Positions 35,102 through 44,984 of a stretch of DNA of 56,090 nt are shown here, in pieces. The translations under genes and the position numbers were made by a program. The notes under the pieces were generated by a model. The model worked only from the letters and a program-made list of their open reading frames with translations, was not told the origin of the DNA and did no database searches. The stretch comes from a virus (taxonomy: Duplodnaviria > Caudoviricetes). The stretch covers positions 1 to 56,090 of the IMG/VR virus record IMGVR_UViG_3300037191_001062; one strand, 5' to 3'. The first letter of the stretch is position 1. The number at the start of each line of letters is the position of its first letter.

Positions 35102-35869
35102 ATGTTAAAGTTATCTAATATATCAGTTCCCAATATAATTAATTTGAAAGAATGTCGCGACCGCATGAAATATATGAGAGACGAATTTCTAAAACTTGGT
35201 ATCGAAGATATACAATTCCACCAGTTTGATAGATATAACAACAATACATCTATACAGTTTACTGGCGACCAAGAATTAATTAACTCAACATCTAAAGGCG
35301 TTGCATCTTCTCATTTATTAACTATTAAATGGTGGTTAGACAATACAGATGAATCAATTGGTTTATTTTTTGAAGATGACGTTGATTTCGAGCATGTTCA
35401 TAAATGGAATTTTACGTTTAACGAATTTATAGAGCGATGTGGTGATTCGTGGGATGCATTACAATTGTGCATCGTGTGTGAATATCCATATGATGTTTAT
35501 AATAAGTATCCAGTTATGACTCCTCGCCCTCGAAATTTATGGGATCATGGTTTGCAATGCTATGTTCTGAAAAGAGAATATGCTCAAAAATTAGTTAACT
35601 TTTATTTTAACGAAAATAATAGTATTAATTTGCGAATGCCTGATGGAGTTCCAATTTCAGTTGAAAATAACGTATTATGTGGATTTGGAAATGTAGTAAC
35701 GTTCCCATTATTTAATCACAACATAACTAATTTTTATTCAAAAAACATATATACTCCAGATGGACAATCAACTTCATCAATACATTCGTATGAATACATA
35801 AAAAATTGGTGGGAAAGAGTAGGTTACAAAATGAATTTAGAGCAAATATTTAACAACACGGAGAATTAA
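35102..35869 (+). CDS. glycosyltransferase, GT25-like
   Basis: INL...DR...M, SSHL..I..W, FFEDD, WDALQL. Confidence 0.8.
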   Translation: MLKLSNISVPNIINLKECRDRMKYMRDEFLKLGIEDIQFHQFDRYNNNTSIQFTGDQELINSTSKGVASSHLLTIKWWLDNTDESIGLFFEDDVDFEHVHKWNFTFNEFIERCGDSWDALQLCIVCEYPYDVYNKYPVMTPRPRNLWDHGLQCYVLKREYAQKLVNFYFNENNSINLRMPDGVPISVENNVLCGFGNVVTFPLFNHNITNFYSKNIYTPDGQSTSSIHSYEYIKNWWERVGYKMNLEQIFNNTEN

Positions 35870-35872
35870 ATT

Positions 35873-36832
35873 ATGAGCTGCATATACAAGGGTTCTGTTA
35901 TAGAAACAGAACTTTCAAAGAGTTCAAAAGGTGGTACTGAAATGATGCGAGATCGTCTTATCAAACATCTTGATCCAAAATTACTAGAACAGGTTGCAAT
36001 ACATTTTTCAAGACCAAAGGTTTTGTATGAAGATGTTCCAAATATTCTATATTGCCACGACTTGGCAAATGATCCAGCTACAGATACATTAAAAGATCAA
36101 GGACATTTAAAGTTCGATCACATCGTTTTTGTAAGTGCTTGGCAGAGAGATCAATTTATATATAACTACAAAATACCTTATGACAAGTGTTCGGTGATTC
36201 ATAATGCAATTGAAAAGAAATACTCACCACGTGATAAGTATTCTGTAGGTGATAAAATAAAATTCATTTATCACACAACTCCGCATCGGGGTTTAGAGTT
36301 GCTTGTTCCAGTATTCGAATGGCTTTGTGAAAAGTTTGATAATATTGAGTTGGAAGTATATTCTTCATTTGAAATTTACGGATGGGGTCATCTGGATGAG
36401 CAATACAAAGAACTATTCAGTAAAATTGAAAATCATCCAAAAATGAACTATCATGGATCAGTTAGTAATGAAAAAGTGCTTGAAGCTCTTGACGAGTCTC
36501 ACATTTTCTTGTATCCCAATGTGAGGTTAGAAACATCATGCATCTCAATGATTGAAGCAATTAAGAGTCAAGTAATTTGTATTCATCCTAATTTTGGTGC
36601 ATTAGTAGAAACTGCGTCTAACGCAACGATAATGTACGACTACGCTCAAGACGCTAACATCCACGCAAACAGAGCTTACCATATAACAAATTTAGTAATA
36701 GAAAGAATAATGCAAGATAGAGATTATTTTAATAAAATTACTACGTCAGATCGATACAATCTATCACGGAATGATGTTGGCACATACAGAGCGCTCTGGG
36801 GCGGTTTATTGAAAAATATTGTTAATAAATAA
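35873..36832 (+). CDS. glycosyltransferase, GT-B/GT4-like
   Basis: GGTE, FVSAWQ, HTTPHRGL, ETSCISMIEA, GALVET. Confidence 0.88.
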   Translation: MSCIYKGSVIETELSKSSKGGTEMMRDRLIKHLDPKLLEQVAIHFSRPKVLYEDVPNILYCHDLANDPATDTLKDQGHLKFDHIVFVSAWQRDQFIYNYKIPYDKCSVIHNAIEKKYSPRDKYSVGDKIKFIYHTTPHRGLELLVPVFEWLCEKFDNIELEVYSSFEIYGWGHLDEQYKELFSKIENHPKMNYHGSVSNEKVLEALDESHIFLYPNVRLETSCISMIEAIKSQVICIHPNFGALVETASNATIMYDYAQDANIHANRAYHITNLVIERIMQDRDYFNKITTSDRYNLSRNDVGTYRALWGGLLKNIVNK

Positions 36833-36841
36833 AAATAAGCG

Positions 36842-36870
36842 TTGACATTAGAACAAAAGTTTGTTATAAT
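36842..36870 (+). promoter_or_regulatory. sigma70-type promoter
   Basis: TTGACA-17-TATAAT. Confidence 0.85.
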
Positions 36871-37012
36871 AGATACTCAAAAATAAACAAGTTCCACTAT
36901 ATTAACAGACGTTAAATAATGTGGTTATAGACAAAAACCAGGAATCGTTAATTATGAGAAAAAATACAATTGTATTGATTTTAACTAAAGTGTCTACTGA
37001 CGCGGGAGGTGT

Positions 37013-37876
37013 GTGATTGCTATATTTGTAGATTATAATCAAGTAGTAATAGCTTCACTATTCGCTAGTATTGGAAATCACCATAATGTTGATTTAGATG
37101 AAAATCTAATTCGACATATGTTCCTGAATTCGATCAGAGCTAATAAAAAGAAATTTTGTAAAGATTACGGCGATATAGTCATCTGTGCAGACAGCCAGGA
37201 TGTTTGGCGCAGAGATTTTTATCCTTACTACAAGGCTAACCGTCGCAAAGCAAAAGGCGATTCAGATTTAGATTGGAAAGCACTCTTCGAAATTATGGAC
37301 AAAATTCGTAATGAGTTAATAGATTACTTTCCTTATAAAGTTCTAAAAGTAGATCGTACCGAAGCTGATGATATTATTGGAGTTCTTGGTCATCACTTAG
37401 GTACTGAATTAAACACGGGATCTGAAAAACACTTAGTTTTATCAGCTGACGGAGATTATGTACAATTACAGAAATTTGCAAACTTTGATCAGTATGATCC
37501 TATTCGTAAGCGTTGGTTGAAGCATGCTAATCCAGAATTATATTTAGCTGACCACATAATTCGAGGCGATACTGGTGACGGTGTTCCTAATATACTATCT
37601 CAAGATAATTGTCTTGCGGTCGGTATAAGACAAAAAGCAATGACGCAAAAACGTGTTGCTCTTCTCATGAAAGGCGAAGAGCATATGGACGAAGAAACAA
37701 AACTTCGATATTATCGCAACAAAAAAATGATCGACTTATCTCAAGTTCCTCAAGAATATGTAGATGCTATATTAATACAATGGGAAAAACCGTCCAAAGT
37801 TGGTCGCGAAAAGCTCTTTAACTTTTTTATTCAGAAAAAACTAAAAAACTTAATCACAGATATACAGGACTTTTAA
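37013..37876 (+). CDS. rnh: T4-type RNase H (5'-3' exonuclease)
   Basis: WRRDFYPYYKANR, EADDIIG, SADGDYVQL, GDTGDGVPN; GGAGG RBS with GTG start. Confidence 0.95.
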   Translation: MIAIFVDYNQVVIASLFASIGNHHNVDLDENLIRHMFLNSIRANKKKFCKDYGDIVICADSQDVWRRDFYPYYKANRRKAKGDSDLDWKALFEIMDKIRNELIDYFPYKVLKVDRTEADDIIGVLGHHLGTELNTGSEKHLVLSADGDYVQLQKFANFDQYDPIRKRWLKHANPELYLADHIIRGDTGDGVPNILSQDNCLAVGIRQKAMTQKRVALLMKGEEHMDEETKLRYYRNKKMIDLSQVPQEYVDAILIQWEKPSKVGREKLFNFFIQKKLKNLITDIQDF

Positions 37877-38302
37877 ATGCAAATTTCTATTTCAGAAATC
37901 ATCAACAAATTGGCATCGCTGAAAACTAATAAAAAAAAGATTGAATGGATTCACGAGAATGATTCAACTCCATTGAGAATAGTTCTTCGACTCACTTATG
38001 ATTCTAGCGTTGAATTTTTAATACCGAATACTGCACCTCCTTGGAAAAAGAACGCATATGTTGGTGTAGAAGGTATGCTGTATAAAGAAGCTCGTAGGTT
38101 GCGAATCTTCGTTAAAGGTTGTGGTTATGATCAACTCAAACAAGTTAAGCGTGAAACTCTGTTCATAACTCTGCTTGAAGATGTTAATAATGACGATGCT
38201 ATATTGCTCACAAAAATGATTACTCAAAAGCCGTTTAAAGGACTTACTGTAAAAGTTCTTCTAGAAGCACTCCCAGATTTATTTCAAATGAAATTAGCTT
38301 AA
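37877..38302 (+). CDS. conserved T4-like hypothetical protein
   Basis: LYKEARRL..F, KRETLFI.LLE. Confidence 0.8.
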   Translation: MQISISEIINKLASLKTNKKKIEWIHENDSTPLRIVLRLTYDSSVEFLIPNTAPPWKKNAYVGVEGMLYKEARRLRIFVKGCGYDQLKQVKRETLFITLLEDVNNDDAILLTKMITQKPFKGLTVKVLLEALPDLFQMKLA

Positions 38303-38311
38303 TAAGGAAGT

Positions 38312-38470
38312 ATGATGAAGCGTTTTAAAAACTTTAAAGAAGACTTAAATTCATATGAAAATGAGTGGGGCAATATAAACGAAGATAACAAAGCGAAGAA
38401 AAATAAAGTTCAAAAGATAAGATGTGATCGTAAGAAAAAAGAAGATGAGAAGTTTTCAGCTTTTGATTAA
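38312..38470 (+). CDS. 52-aa charged protein (not in ORF track)
   Basis: AAGGA RBS; MMKRFKNFKEDLNSYENEW... Confidence 0.65.
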   Translation: MMKRFKNFKEDLNSYENEWGNINEDNKAKKNKVQKIRCDRKKKEDEKFSAFD

Positions 38471-38477
38471 ATAATGG

Positions 38478-38506
38478 TTAACGTTAACACAAGGATGTGT
38501 TATAAT
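38478..38506 (+). promoter_or_regulatory. early promoter with degenerate -35
   Basis: TTAACG-17-TATAAT plus taaattaataaagga leader. Confidence 0.55.
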
Positions 38507-38534
38507 AATTATATAAATTAATAAAGGATTAATT

Positions 38535-38762
38535 ATGAATAAGATTACTAAAGTGAGGTGGGGTGGCGGTGCTGGTGAATTAGTTGGTATAGTAGAAGTT
38601 GTAAATTGCAACGAAACTGCGCATTATATAAGATTAGTAGAGTATGGTGGATTTGACCCCGAGGCTGACGCTATTCACGTAGCGCAGTATGGCGGCAAAA
38701 TTAACTTAGACATTAACACATTGGTTAGTTTAGAAGTACTACCTAACCCAATAATTTTTTAA
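38535..38762 (+). CDS. hypothetical protein
   Basis: AAGGA RBS. Confidence 0.7.
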   Translation: MNKITKVRWGGGAGELVGIVEVVNCNETAHYIRLVEYGGFDPEADAIHVAQYGGKINLDINTLVSLEVLPNPIIF

Positions 38763-38772
38763 AGAGAACATT

Positions 38773-39360
38773 ATGAAAGATAAATTAATATTAGTAGATT
38801 GTGACGGCGTATTGCTAGACTGGTTTTATGCGTTTAAACAGTGGATGAAGCGACACGGTTATGGTGAACCTCAGATGTTCGATGGCAAGTCTTATTACGA
38901 TGTTTCAAAATCATTTGGAATAAGTAAGAAAGAAGGTAAAAAGTTAGTTCGTATGTTTAACGAATCCGCTACAATACGTAAACTTCCACCTCTACGTGAC
39001 GCCATTAAATACGTTAAAAAATTACATCAAGATCACGGCTATATCTTCCACGCAATAACATCATTAAGTGATGATTGTTATTCTCAACACCTTCGCACTA
39101 AAAATCTAATTGAATTATTCGGTCCAACTGTATTCGAAAAATACGTATATCTTGATACTGGCGCTGATAAAGATGAAGCACTACTACCATACAAAGATAG
39201 TGAATGCTATTGGGTTGAAGATAAAGAAAGCAACGCTCAGTTGGGATATGAACTTGGTTTAGACCCATTATTAATGGCACACCCATTTAATACGTTTCAT
39301 AAAACTGATGCTCGCAGAGTTCAAAATTGGAAAGAAATTTATGAGATTGTCACCGGATAA
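38773..39360 (+). CDS. HAD-family phosphatase/nucleotidase (T4 gp30.2-like)
   Basis: DCDGVLLDW, ITSL, WVEDK. Confidence 0.85.
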   Translation: MKDKLILVDCDGVLLDWFYAFKQWMKRHGYGEPQMFDGKSYYDVSKSFGISKKEGKKLVRMFNESATIRKLPPLRDAIKYVKKLHQDHGYIFHAITSLSDDCYSQHLRTKNLIELFGPTVFEKYVYLDTGADKDEALLPYKDSECYWVEDKESNAQLGYELGLDPLLMAHPFNTFHKTDARRVQNWKEIYEIVTG

Positions 39361-39372
39361 TCTCTTTATTTG

Positions 39373-39380
39373 TATAAATA
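39373..39380 (+). promoter_or_regulatory. T4-type late promoter
   Basis: TATAAATA upstream of the phoH-PAAR block. Confidence 0.75.
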
Positions 39381-39414
39381 AAATTATATGTTCTATATAA
39401 TTGTTAGGAATAAG

Positions 39415-39657
39415 ATGCCAACGTACGATTTCAGAAATAATAAAACTAACGAAGAATTCGAAAAAAGACTATCTATGTCTGACCGCGAAACATATCTAAA
39501 AGAAAATCCTCATATTCAACAAATTCATAGACAGTCAGCTCAGTTGATTGATTCTAGGAATACCACCGCGGTAAATAATAAACCCGACTCTGGTTTTCGT
39601 GATGTACTAAAAAACATAAAATCTCACCACAAGGTTAACAACATTAACGACTTCTAA
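39415..39657 (+). CDS. FmdB-like protein lacking Cys ligands
   Basis: MPTYDFRN..T.E.FE...YLKENPH..Q, GFRDVLKNIK; AGGA RBS. Confidence 0.75.
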   Translation: MPTYDFRNNKTNEEFEKRLSMSDRETYLKENPHIQQIHRQSAQLIDSRNTTAVNNKPDSGFRDVLKNIKSHHKVNNINDF

Positions 39658-39671
39658 TAAGGGGTACTTTT

Positions 39672-40424
39672 ATGGGTAAGCAGAGCAACACAAGACACGC
39701 AAACTCTCGTGACAAACGCAAAACACAAAGGGAAGAAAGGCAACATCTAAATACTAGATTTGCAATGTCAGAAATCCAACCTTTAACTGACCGCCAAGAA
39801 GACATGTTTAATGCATACGAAGATGATCACAATATTATAGCGGTAGGTACAGCTGGAACAGGTAAAACAATGTGCGCACTATATTTAGCTTTAACTGACA
39901 TATTAGCTTTGACGGATTATAAGCGCGTAGTAATAATAAGATCAGCAGTACAGACTAGAGAGCAAGGGCATATGCCCGGGACTAAGGAACAGAAAGAAGC
40001 TCATTTCAGTGCGCCATATTCATCAATAGTTAACGAACTTTTCGAAAGAGGTGATGCATGGGAAATACTAACTAAGAAACAACAAATCGTATTCACAACA
40101 ACTTCATTTATTCGTGGCACAACATTAGATAACGCAGTAGTTATAGTTGATGAATGTCAGTCAATGACATTCCATGAATTAGATACTGTTATAACACGAG
40201 TCGGTAAAAATACAAAAATCATCTTTTGTGGTGATACTAGGCAAGACGATCTCAAATCATCACGCAACCGTGCAGATGTTACAGGATTACCGGACTTTTT
40301 AAACATTATAGATAAGATGGATTCATTTGAGTTTGTTGAATTTAATCGAGACGACATCGTTAGATCTGGACTTGTTAAAGAATACATAGTCGAAAAAGAA
40401 AAATATGAATCGTTAGCAGCGTAG
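39672..40424 (+). CDS. phoH: PhoH-family ATPase
   Basis: GTAGTGKT, GHMPG, FIRGTT, VDECQ, TRVG, CGD..Q.DL, DIVRSGLV. Confidence 0.95.
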   Translation: MGKQSNTRHANSRDKRKTQREERQHLNTRFAMSEIQPLTDRQEDMFNAYEDDHNIIAVGTAGTGKTMCALYLALTDILALTDYKRVVIIRSAVQTREQGHMPGTKEQKEAHFSAPYSSIVNELFERGDAWEILTKKQQIVFTTTSFIRGTTLDNAVVIVDECQSMTFHELDTVITRVGKNTKIIFCGDTRQDDLKSSRNRADVTGLPDFLNIIDKMDSFEFVEFNRDDIVRSGLVKEYIVEKEKYESLAA

Positions 40425-40465
40425 CCAGTATACATAATACAAATAAAAAAAATAGGAGAGTTTTA

Positions 40466-40768
40466 ATGCCAGCTGCAGCAAGAATTGGTGACATTGTTAA
40501 CACTGGACACGCATGTACGACAGTAGTTGATATTGCTTTAACTCTACAATCTAATGTTAAAATTGATGGAAAACTTGCTGCAGTTGTTGGTTCTCAACTT
40601 GCCGATCACACGTTTCTGTCAGGTAGTTCTTGTATTCCACATTCAGCAACTGTCACTGCCGGATCTAGCAAAGTTTTTATTGGTGGAATTGCAGTATCAA
40701 GAATTGGAGATACTGCCGATATGGGAGCTATTATAACAGGATCTTCAAGTGTGTTTATCGGTGGATAA
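40466..40768 (+). CDS. PAAR spike-tip protein (gp5.4-like)
   Basis: MPAAARIGD..TGH, H...H, GSSKVFIGG, RIGD. Confidence 0.92.
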   Translation: MPAAARIGDIVNTGHACTTVVDIALTLQSNVKIDGKLAAVVGSQLADHTFLSGSSCIPHSATVTAGSSKVFIGGIAVSRIGDTADMGAIITGSSSVFIGG

Positions 40769-40782
40769 TTTACAGGAAATTT

Positions 40783-41499
40783 ATGATGTTTAATCGCGAA
40801 TCAATGGTGCCAGATCTAAAACCAACTTTCAATCACATGGACCACGGAATAGTCTTACCAAAATTAACTAGAGTTACAACTGACAAGGGCCGATTGTACA
40901 CAACACCAACGGGTGAGCGTTATCCGTCCATTACAACAGTGCTCGGTGTAATGGACGATAAGAAATGGCTATTCGAATGGATATCGAGAGTCGGTAAAGA
41001 AGAAGCAAATCGAGTAACTGGAAGAGCGTCTAGACGTGGTACTGCAGTACACAAACTCGCAGAAGATTATTTAGATAACGTAACTGACTGGAAAAAGAAA
41101 GCTCAACCAGCAAACATACACATGTTTAGAGCAATGCGCAAATCATTAGACAAAAAAGTAAACAACATATGGTTTCAAGAAGTGTACTTATACAGTCACA
41201 TATTAAAGACAGCAGGTCAAGTCGATTGCATTGGTGAGTTTGAAAACGAACTTGCCATAATTGATTTTAAGACAGCTAGCAGACCAAAAGAAGAAGATGA
41301 CATACTATCTTATTTTATTCAAGTCTGTTTTTACGCTGCAGCTTTTTATGAAATGACTGGTGTCACGATAAAAAAGGGTGTAATATTAATAGCAGTTGAC
41401 AACGAAGACGAGCCACAAGAATTTGTATTTGACATATACGACTACTTGCCACATTTCATGTCTGTTAGAAAAAAATACAAACAGATTAAAGGAGTTTAA
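40783..41499 (+). CDS. PD-(D/E)XK exonuclease
   Basis: YPSITTVL, RGTAVH, AGQVDCI, IIDFKT, YFIQ..FYA. Confidence 0.9.
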   Translation: MMFNRESMVPDLKPTFNHMDHGIVLPKLTRVTTDKGRLYTTPTGERYPSITTVLGVMDDKKWLFEWISRVGKEEANRVTGRASRRGTAVHKLAEDYLDNVTDWKKKAQPANIHMFRAMRKSLDKKVNNIWFQEVYLYSHILKTAGQVDCIGEFENELAIIDFKTASRPKEEDDILSYFIQVCFYAAAFYEMTGVTIKKGVILIAVDNEDEPQEFVFDIYDYLPHFMSVRKKYKQIKGV

Positions 41500-41501
41500 T
41501 C

Positions 41502-41885
41502 ATGATAAAAAGATACATTATTATAGACGAAAGTCGTGGAATATTCTTAGGTAGTTATTCAACACCAATTTCTGCAAATGAACCAGAACTTAGTGATGAT
41601 GAGTATGACGTAGTTGATGAGTATAAATTGTACGCACTGTTTGCAAGTAATAATCCATTTAGTGTTAGTTGTGCGCCAACGTTTGATTCGCTAAAAGATG
41701 CAAATAAATACGTGACAAGTTATCTATCAAAACCAGACCTTTTCGATATTAAAATAGTTGATGTACTTACATCGAATTCAAATGAAAATTACGCATCGAT
41801 TGCTGAAATAATTAAAGCCGGATATTCAGATTACACATTTGATATGATGGACTCACTCCTACCAGAATCGTCACTAGTTCACTAG
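41502..41885 (+). CDS. hypothetical protein
   Basis: AAGGAG RBS. Confidence 0.75.
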   Translation: MIKRYIIIDESRGIFLGSYSTPISANEPELSDDEYDVVDEYKLYALFASNNPFSVSCAPTFDSLKDANKYVTSYLSKPDLFDIKIVDVLTSNSNENYASIAEIIKAGYSDYTFDMMDSLLPESSLVH

Positions 41886-41943
41886 ACAAAAATCTCTTAT
41901 TCTTTCTAGTTATATCATATAACTTGTTGTTATAATAATGTTG

Positions 41944-41972
41944 TATACATTTCAATTTGATTATGATATTAT
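41944..41972 (+). promoter_or_regulatory. degenerate early promoter
   Basis: TATACA-17-TATTAT plus caaataaaggaaggaattaaattATG leader. Confidence 0.55.
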
Positions 41973-42003
41973 AGTCTTATCAAATAAAGGAAGGAATTAA
42001 ATT

Positions 42004-42363
42004 ATGAACAAATTCAAAGTATATCAGCTAGACATCTCCCGTGAAGTTTATAACACAGTTAATCGAGTTGGTCACTCCAAAGCATTTGAATTATTCCCAG
42101 AATGGAAACTTCGAATGGATCTTCAAATAGGTAATAGAAACAAACTTACTGATGATGAGATATCATACTTTAAACCAGTCTGTATTATTCATTGTAAAAA
42201 TGTGAATAACGTATTCCACATTGGTAACGTAGGGCCAGAAAATCAAATTGATCGTTTGGCTCAAATGCACAGTGTAAGTGTTGGAGATGTTATTGTTGAT
42301 AATCAAAATAACCAAGCCTATATTGTTCAGCCATGGCATTTAGCTAAAATTAATTTCAAATAA
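42004..42363 (+). CDS. YodL-like hypothetical protein, paralog A
   Basis: VFHIGNVGPE, MHSVSVGDVI. Confidence 0.75.
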   Translation: MNKFKVYQLDISREVYNTVNRVGHSKAFELFPEWKLRMDLQIGNRNKLTDDEISYFKPVCIIHCKNVNNVFHIGNVGPENQIDRLAQMHSVSVGDVIVDNQNNQAYIVQPWHLAKINFK

Positions 42364-42404
42364 AGTTTCACTTAAATTATATCAACAACAATAGGAAATA
42401 TATT

Positions 42405-42638
42405 ATGACGGGATTAATATTACAATTTACAGCCGGTTTATTATTTGGTGCGTCTAGCGCCTTCTTGGTATCAATAAATTCAAACTATTCTTTTGGTAAT
42501 TCAGCTGCTCTTCATCAAAATCTAATCGAAATATGCTTATCTGTAAATTCAGTTCCAAAAGAAAACGACCTTAGTAGCGAGCTCGTTTGTGAAAATGGCG
42601 CAACATTTGATTATAGAGAATATTTAAATAATCGTTGA
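42405..42638 (+). CDS. signal/TM-anchored hypothetical protein
   Basis: hydrophobic N-terminus, C...CENGA. Confidence 0.7.
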   Translation: MTGLILQFTAGLLFGASSAFLVSINSNYSFGNSAALHQNLIEICLSVNSVPKENDLSSELVCENGATFDYREYLNNR

Positions 42639-42663
42639 CATTTCGCTTTGATTGTAATACAAT
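42635..42663 (+). promoter_or_regulatory. sigma70-type early promoter
   Basis: TTGACA-17-TACAAT; -35 contains the upstream TGA stop. Confidence 0.8.
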
Positions 42664-42693
42664 AATCATATCAATAAAGGAAGGAATTAAAAT

Positions 42694-43062
42694 ATGACAG
42701 TATATACAGTTCACCAGTTAAAATTAAATGACGAAGTCTACAAAGCAGTTAACGAACTAGGCCATCAAGGAGCTTCTGATAAATTCCCAATCTGGGCGTT
42801 CAAAATGGATATGTTTATAGTTGATGAAAACTTCTCTCCACTTACTGACGAACAGATTGGTTTCTACCACCCTGTTTGTACTATCATTGCTAAAGATCTT
42901 GAAGATGTATTTCGCATTGGAAATATAGGTCCTGAAGAAAATATTACTTATTTAACTAACAGAATGCACTCAATGAGTGGTGGAGATATAATTGTGAATA
43001 ACAAGACTGGAGAAGCTAACATGGTAGCTTCTATTGGATTTAACAAAGTTAATTTTAAATAA
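42694..43062 (+). CDS. YodL-like hypothetical protein, paralog B
   Basis: VFRIGNIGPEE, MHSMSGGDII; aligns end to end with 42004-42363. Confidence 0.75.
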   Translation: MTVYTVHQLKLNDEVYKAVNELGHQGASDKFPIWAFKMDMFIVDENFSPLTDEQIGFYHPVCTIIAKDLEDVFRIGNIGPEENITYLTNRMHSMSGGDIIVNNKTGEANMVASIGFNKVNFK

Positions 43063-43065
43063 ACA

Positions 43066-43094
43066 TCAACATTTCGCTTTGATCGCGTTATAAT
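43066..43094 (+). promoter_or_regulatory. cassette promoter with mutated -35
   Basis: TCAACAtttcgctttga...TATAAT-ggttacataaattga. Confidence 0.6.
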
Positions 43095-43124
43095 GGTTAC
43101 ATAAATTGAATTAGGAAATACATT

Positions 43125-43472
43125 ATGAATGAACTAAAAGAACTACCTCAAGCTCGATACTACTATGCTGGAGACGTGATTGAGTTTACGTCTGGTGACG
43201 GGAGGACTGGTGATGTTGTAAACACTAAAGCATACACGGTTTTAACTTCATTCGATCTCAAATTAGAATTGGAAAAATACAAAAAATTTCGTGGCGAGAT
43301 GTATCAATCATGCCAAGGCGCCGGATATTGGCTTGTTGATAATCTAGATTTAGAAGAACATGGCGTCCAAATTATCAAATTGGGTTCGTATGAACTAAAA
43401 GATTTAGACTATACGGATGAAACCTACGATCCCAAAAAATGCTTAGTTAAACTAAATGAAAATAAAAGTTGA
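43125..43472 (+). CDS. hypothetical protein
   Basis: AGGA RBS. Confidence 0.7.
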   Translation: MNELKELPQARYYYAGDVIEFTSGDGRTGDVVNTKAYTVLTSFDLKLELEKYKKFRGEMYQSCQGAGYWLVDNLDLEEHGVQIIKLGSYELKDLDYTDETYDPKKCLVKLNENKS

Positions 43473-43497
43473 CATTTAGTTTTGAACATAATACAAT
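43469..43497 (+). promoter_or_regulatory. sigma70-type early promoter
   Basis: TTGACA-17-TACAAT. Confidence 0.75.
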
Positions 43498-43545
43498 ATA
43501 TTTAACCAATCGGGTTACAATTTTTATTATTGAAGGAAGTATATT

Positions 43546-44499
43546 ATGCATGAATTAGAAATGGTTAATGATAAAGCTCAAATGGCTTTCCGCGAATCAA
43601 AAGGTTTACCGTGGCATGGTCTTGGTACTCCAGTCTCAGATGATATGACTCCACACGAAATGATGGTTGCAGCTGGTCTAGATTGGACTGTTGCAAAACA
43701 CGATAACTTTATTGATCTTAACGGTGAAGTTATCAAAACTGGTCAACAGTCACTAGTTCGCGAAACTGATGGTGCAATCTTAGCTAATGTTGGTAAAGAT
43801 TGGAATCCTGTTCAAAATGAAGAAGCCTTCGAATTCTTCACTGAATTTGTTTCTAATGGCGACATGGTAATGGATACAGCTGGTTCACTGAAAGGTGGCA
43901 AGATGATATGGGCTGCAGCTGACGTTAAAGATGGCTTTTCGCTATTTGGTGGAGATGAAGTAAAAGGTTACTTGTTATTCTCAAATCCTCACATGTATGG
44001 TCGGTCAATCGACGTTAAATTCATTATGACTCGCGTAGTTTGCAACAACACTCTTTCAGTTGCTCTCACTGAAAAGAATCAACCAGCTGTTAAAATGTCT
44101 CATCGTACTCAGTTTGACCCAAGTAAAGTAAAAGAATTGCTTGGTCTTTCTCAGCAAAAAATTCAAACGTTTAAAGAAACTGCTGAATTCTTAGGTAGTA
44201 AGCGATATAATGATGAATCATTCCAGAAATTCCTCGGTAAAATATTTGGAAATTCTACCAAGGATAAGAACTCATTATCACGAACAGCCCAACGAGCGAT
44301 GGATATTGTTGAAACACAGCCAGGTGCTGAGTTCCAGAAAGGTTCATGGTGGCAGGCTTATAACGCTGTAACATACATGACTGATCACGAACTTGGTCGT
44401 AGCGATAATGCTCGAGCTGAATCAGCTTGGTTTGGTGGTAATGCTAAACGCAAACTTACTGCTCTTACAGATGCTATTAAATTTGCTGAAGTTGCTTAA
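43546..44499 (+). CDS. DUF932 family phage/plasmid protein
   Basis: PWHGLG, AGLDW.V, PVQN.EAF.FF, TAGSL.GG, RVVCNNTL, W.AYNAVT...DH. Confidence 0.9.
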   Translation: MHELEMVNDKAQMAFRESKGLPWHGLGTPVSDDMTPHEMMVAAGLDWTVAKHDNFIDLNGEVIKTGQQSLVRETDGAILANVGKDWNPVQNEEAFEFFTEFVSNGDMVMDTAGSLKGGKMIWAAADVKDGFSLFGGDEVKGYLLFSNPHMYGRSIDVKFIMTRVVCNNTLSVALTEKNQPAVKMSHRTQFDPSKVKELLGLSQQKIQTFKETAEFLGSKRYNDESFQKFLGKIFGNSTKDKNSLSRTAQRAMDIVETQPGAEFQKGSWWQAYNAVTYMTDHELGRSDNARAESAWFGGNAKRKLTALTDAIKFAEVA

Positions 44500-44507
44500 T
44501 ATAACTG

Positions 44508-44530
44508 AAAGGGGAGAAATCCCCTCTTTA
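44508..44530 (+). terminator. Rho-independent terminator
   Basis: GGGGA-GAAA-TCCCC then tcttta. Confidence 0.7.
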
Positions 44531-44556
44531 TATAATTAATTGATATAATAAAGTTG

Positions 44557-44585
44557 TTTACGTTTTAATATGACTGTGATATAAT
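44557..44585 (+). promoter_or_regulatory. early promoter, GTTTAC-type -35
   Basis: gTTTACG-17-TATAAT-agatacataaattaataaagg. Confidence 0.75.
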
Positions 44586-44614
44586 AGATACATAAATTAA
44601 TAAAGGCGTTAAAA

Positions 44615-44965
44615 ATGAAAACAGTTATAAAATTGGCATTAAGCAACGATGGTATCGCAAAACGACTAGAACGCAATTCTAAATCTTACATGCTTACTGT
44701 ATCTACATCGTCTGATTCTGATATTCTACTATTAGATAGAATCAGAGCTCGAGTAAAGCAAATAAATAAAAATCTTAGAGAGGCAGATGTCAAGACGGGT
44801 AGTGGTGAATCTTTACAATATTACATAAATTGCCGGGGCCGAGTTCCTCTTTCTAAAAAAATTAATCAACAAACAGGAGCTGAATATTCATACAATTATA
44901 GTGGTAGTATTGTAGGTGGACTTAAAAACGCATCCCGCATGGATGTTTATTTGTACGAACGATAA
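44615..44965 (+). CDS. hypothetical protein
   Basis: ORF after promoter. Confidence 0.7.
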   Translation: MKTVIKLALSNDGIAKRLERNSKSYMLTVSTSSDSDILLLDRIRARVKQINKNLREADVKTGSGESLQYYINCRGRVPLSKKINQQTGAEYSYNYSGSIVGGLKNASRMDVYLYER

Positions 44966-44984
44966 CTAAAACAGGAATAAATAG

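Noticed and set aside
40783-41499. Cas4 of a CRISPR system
   Set aside because: No Fe-S cysteine cluster, array or other cas genes; it fits the common phage PD-(D/E)XK exonuclease.
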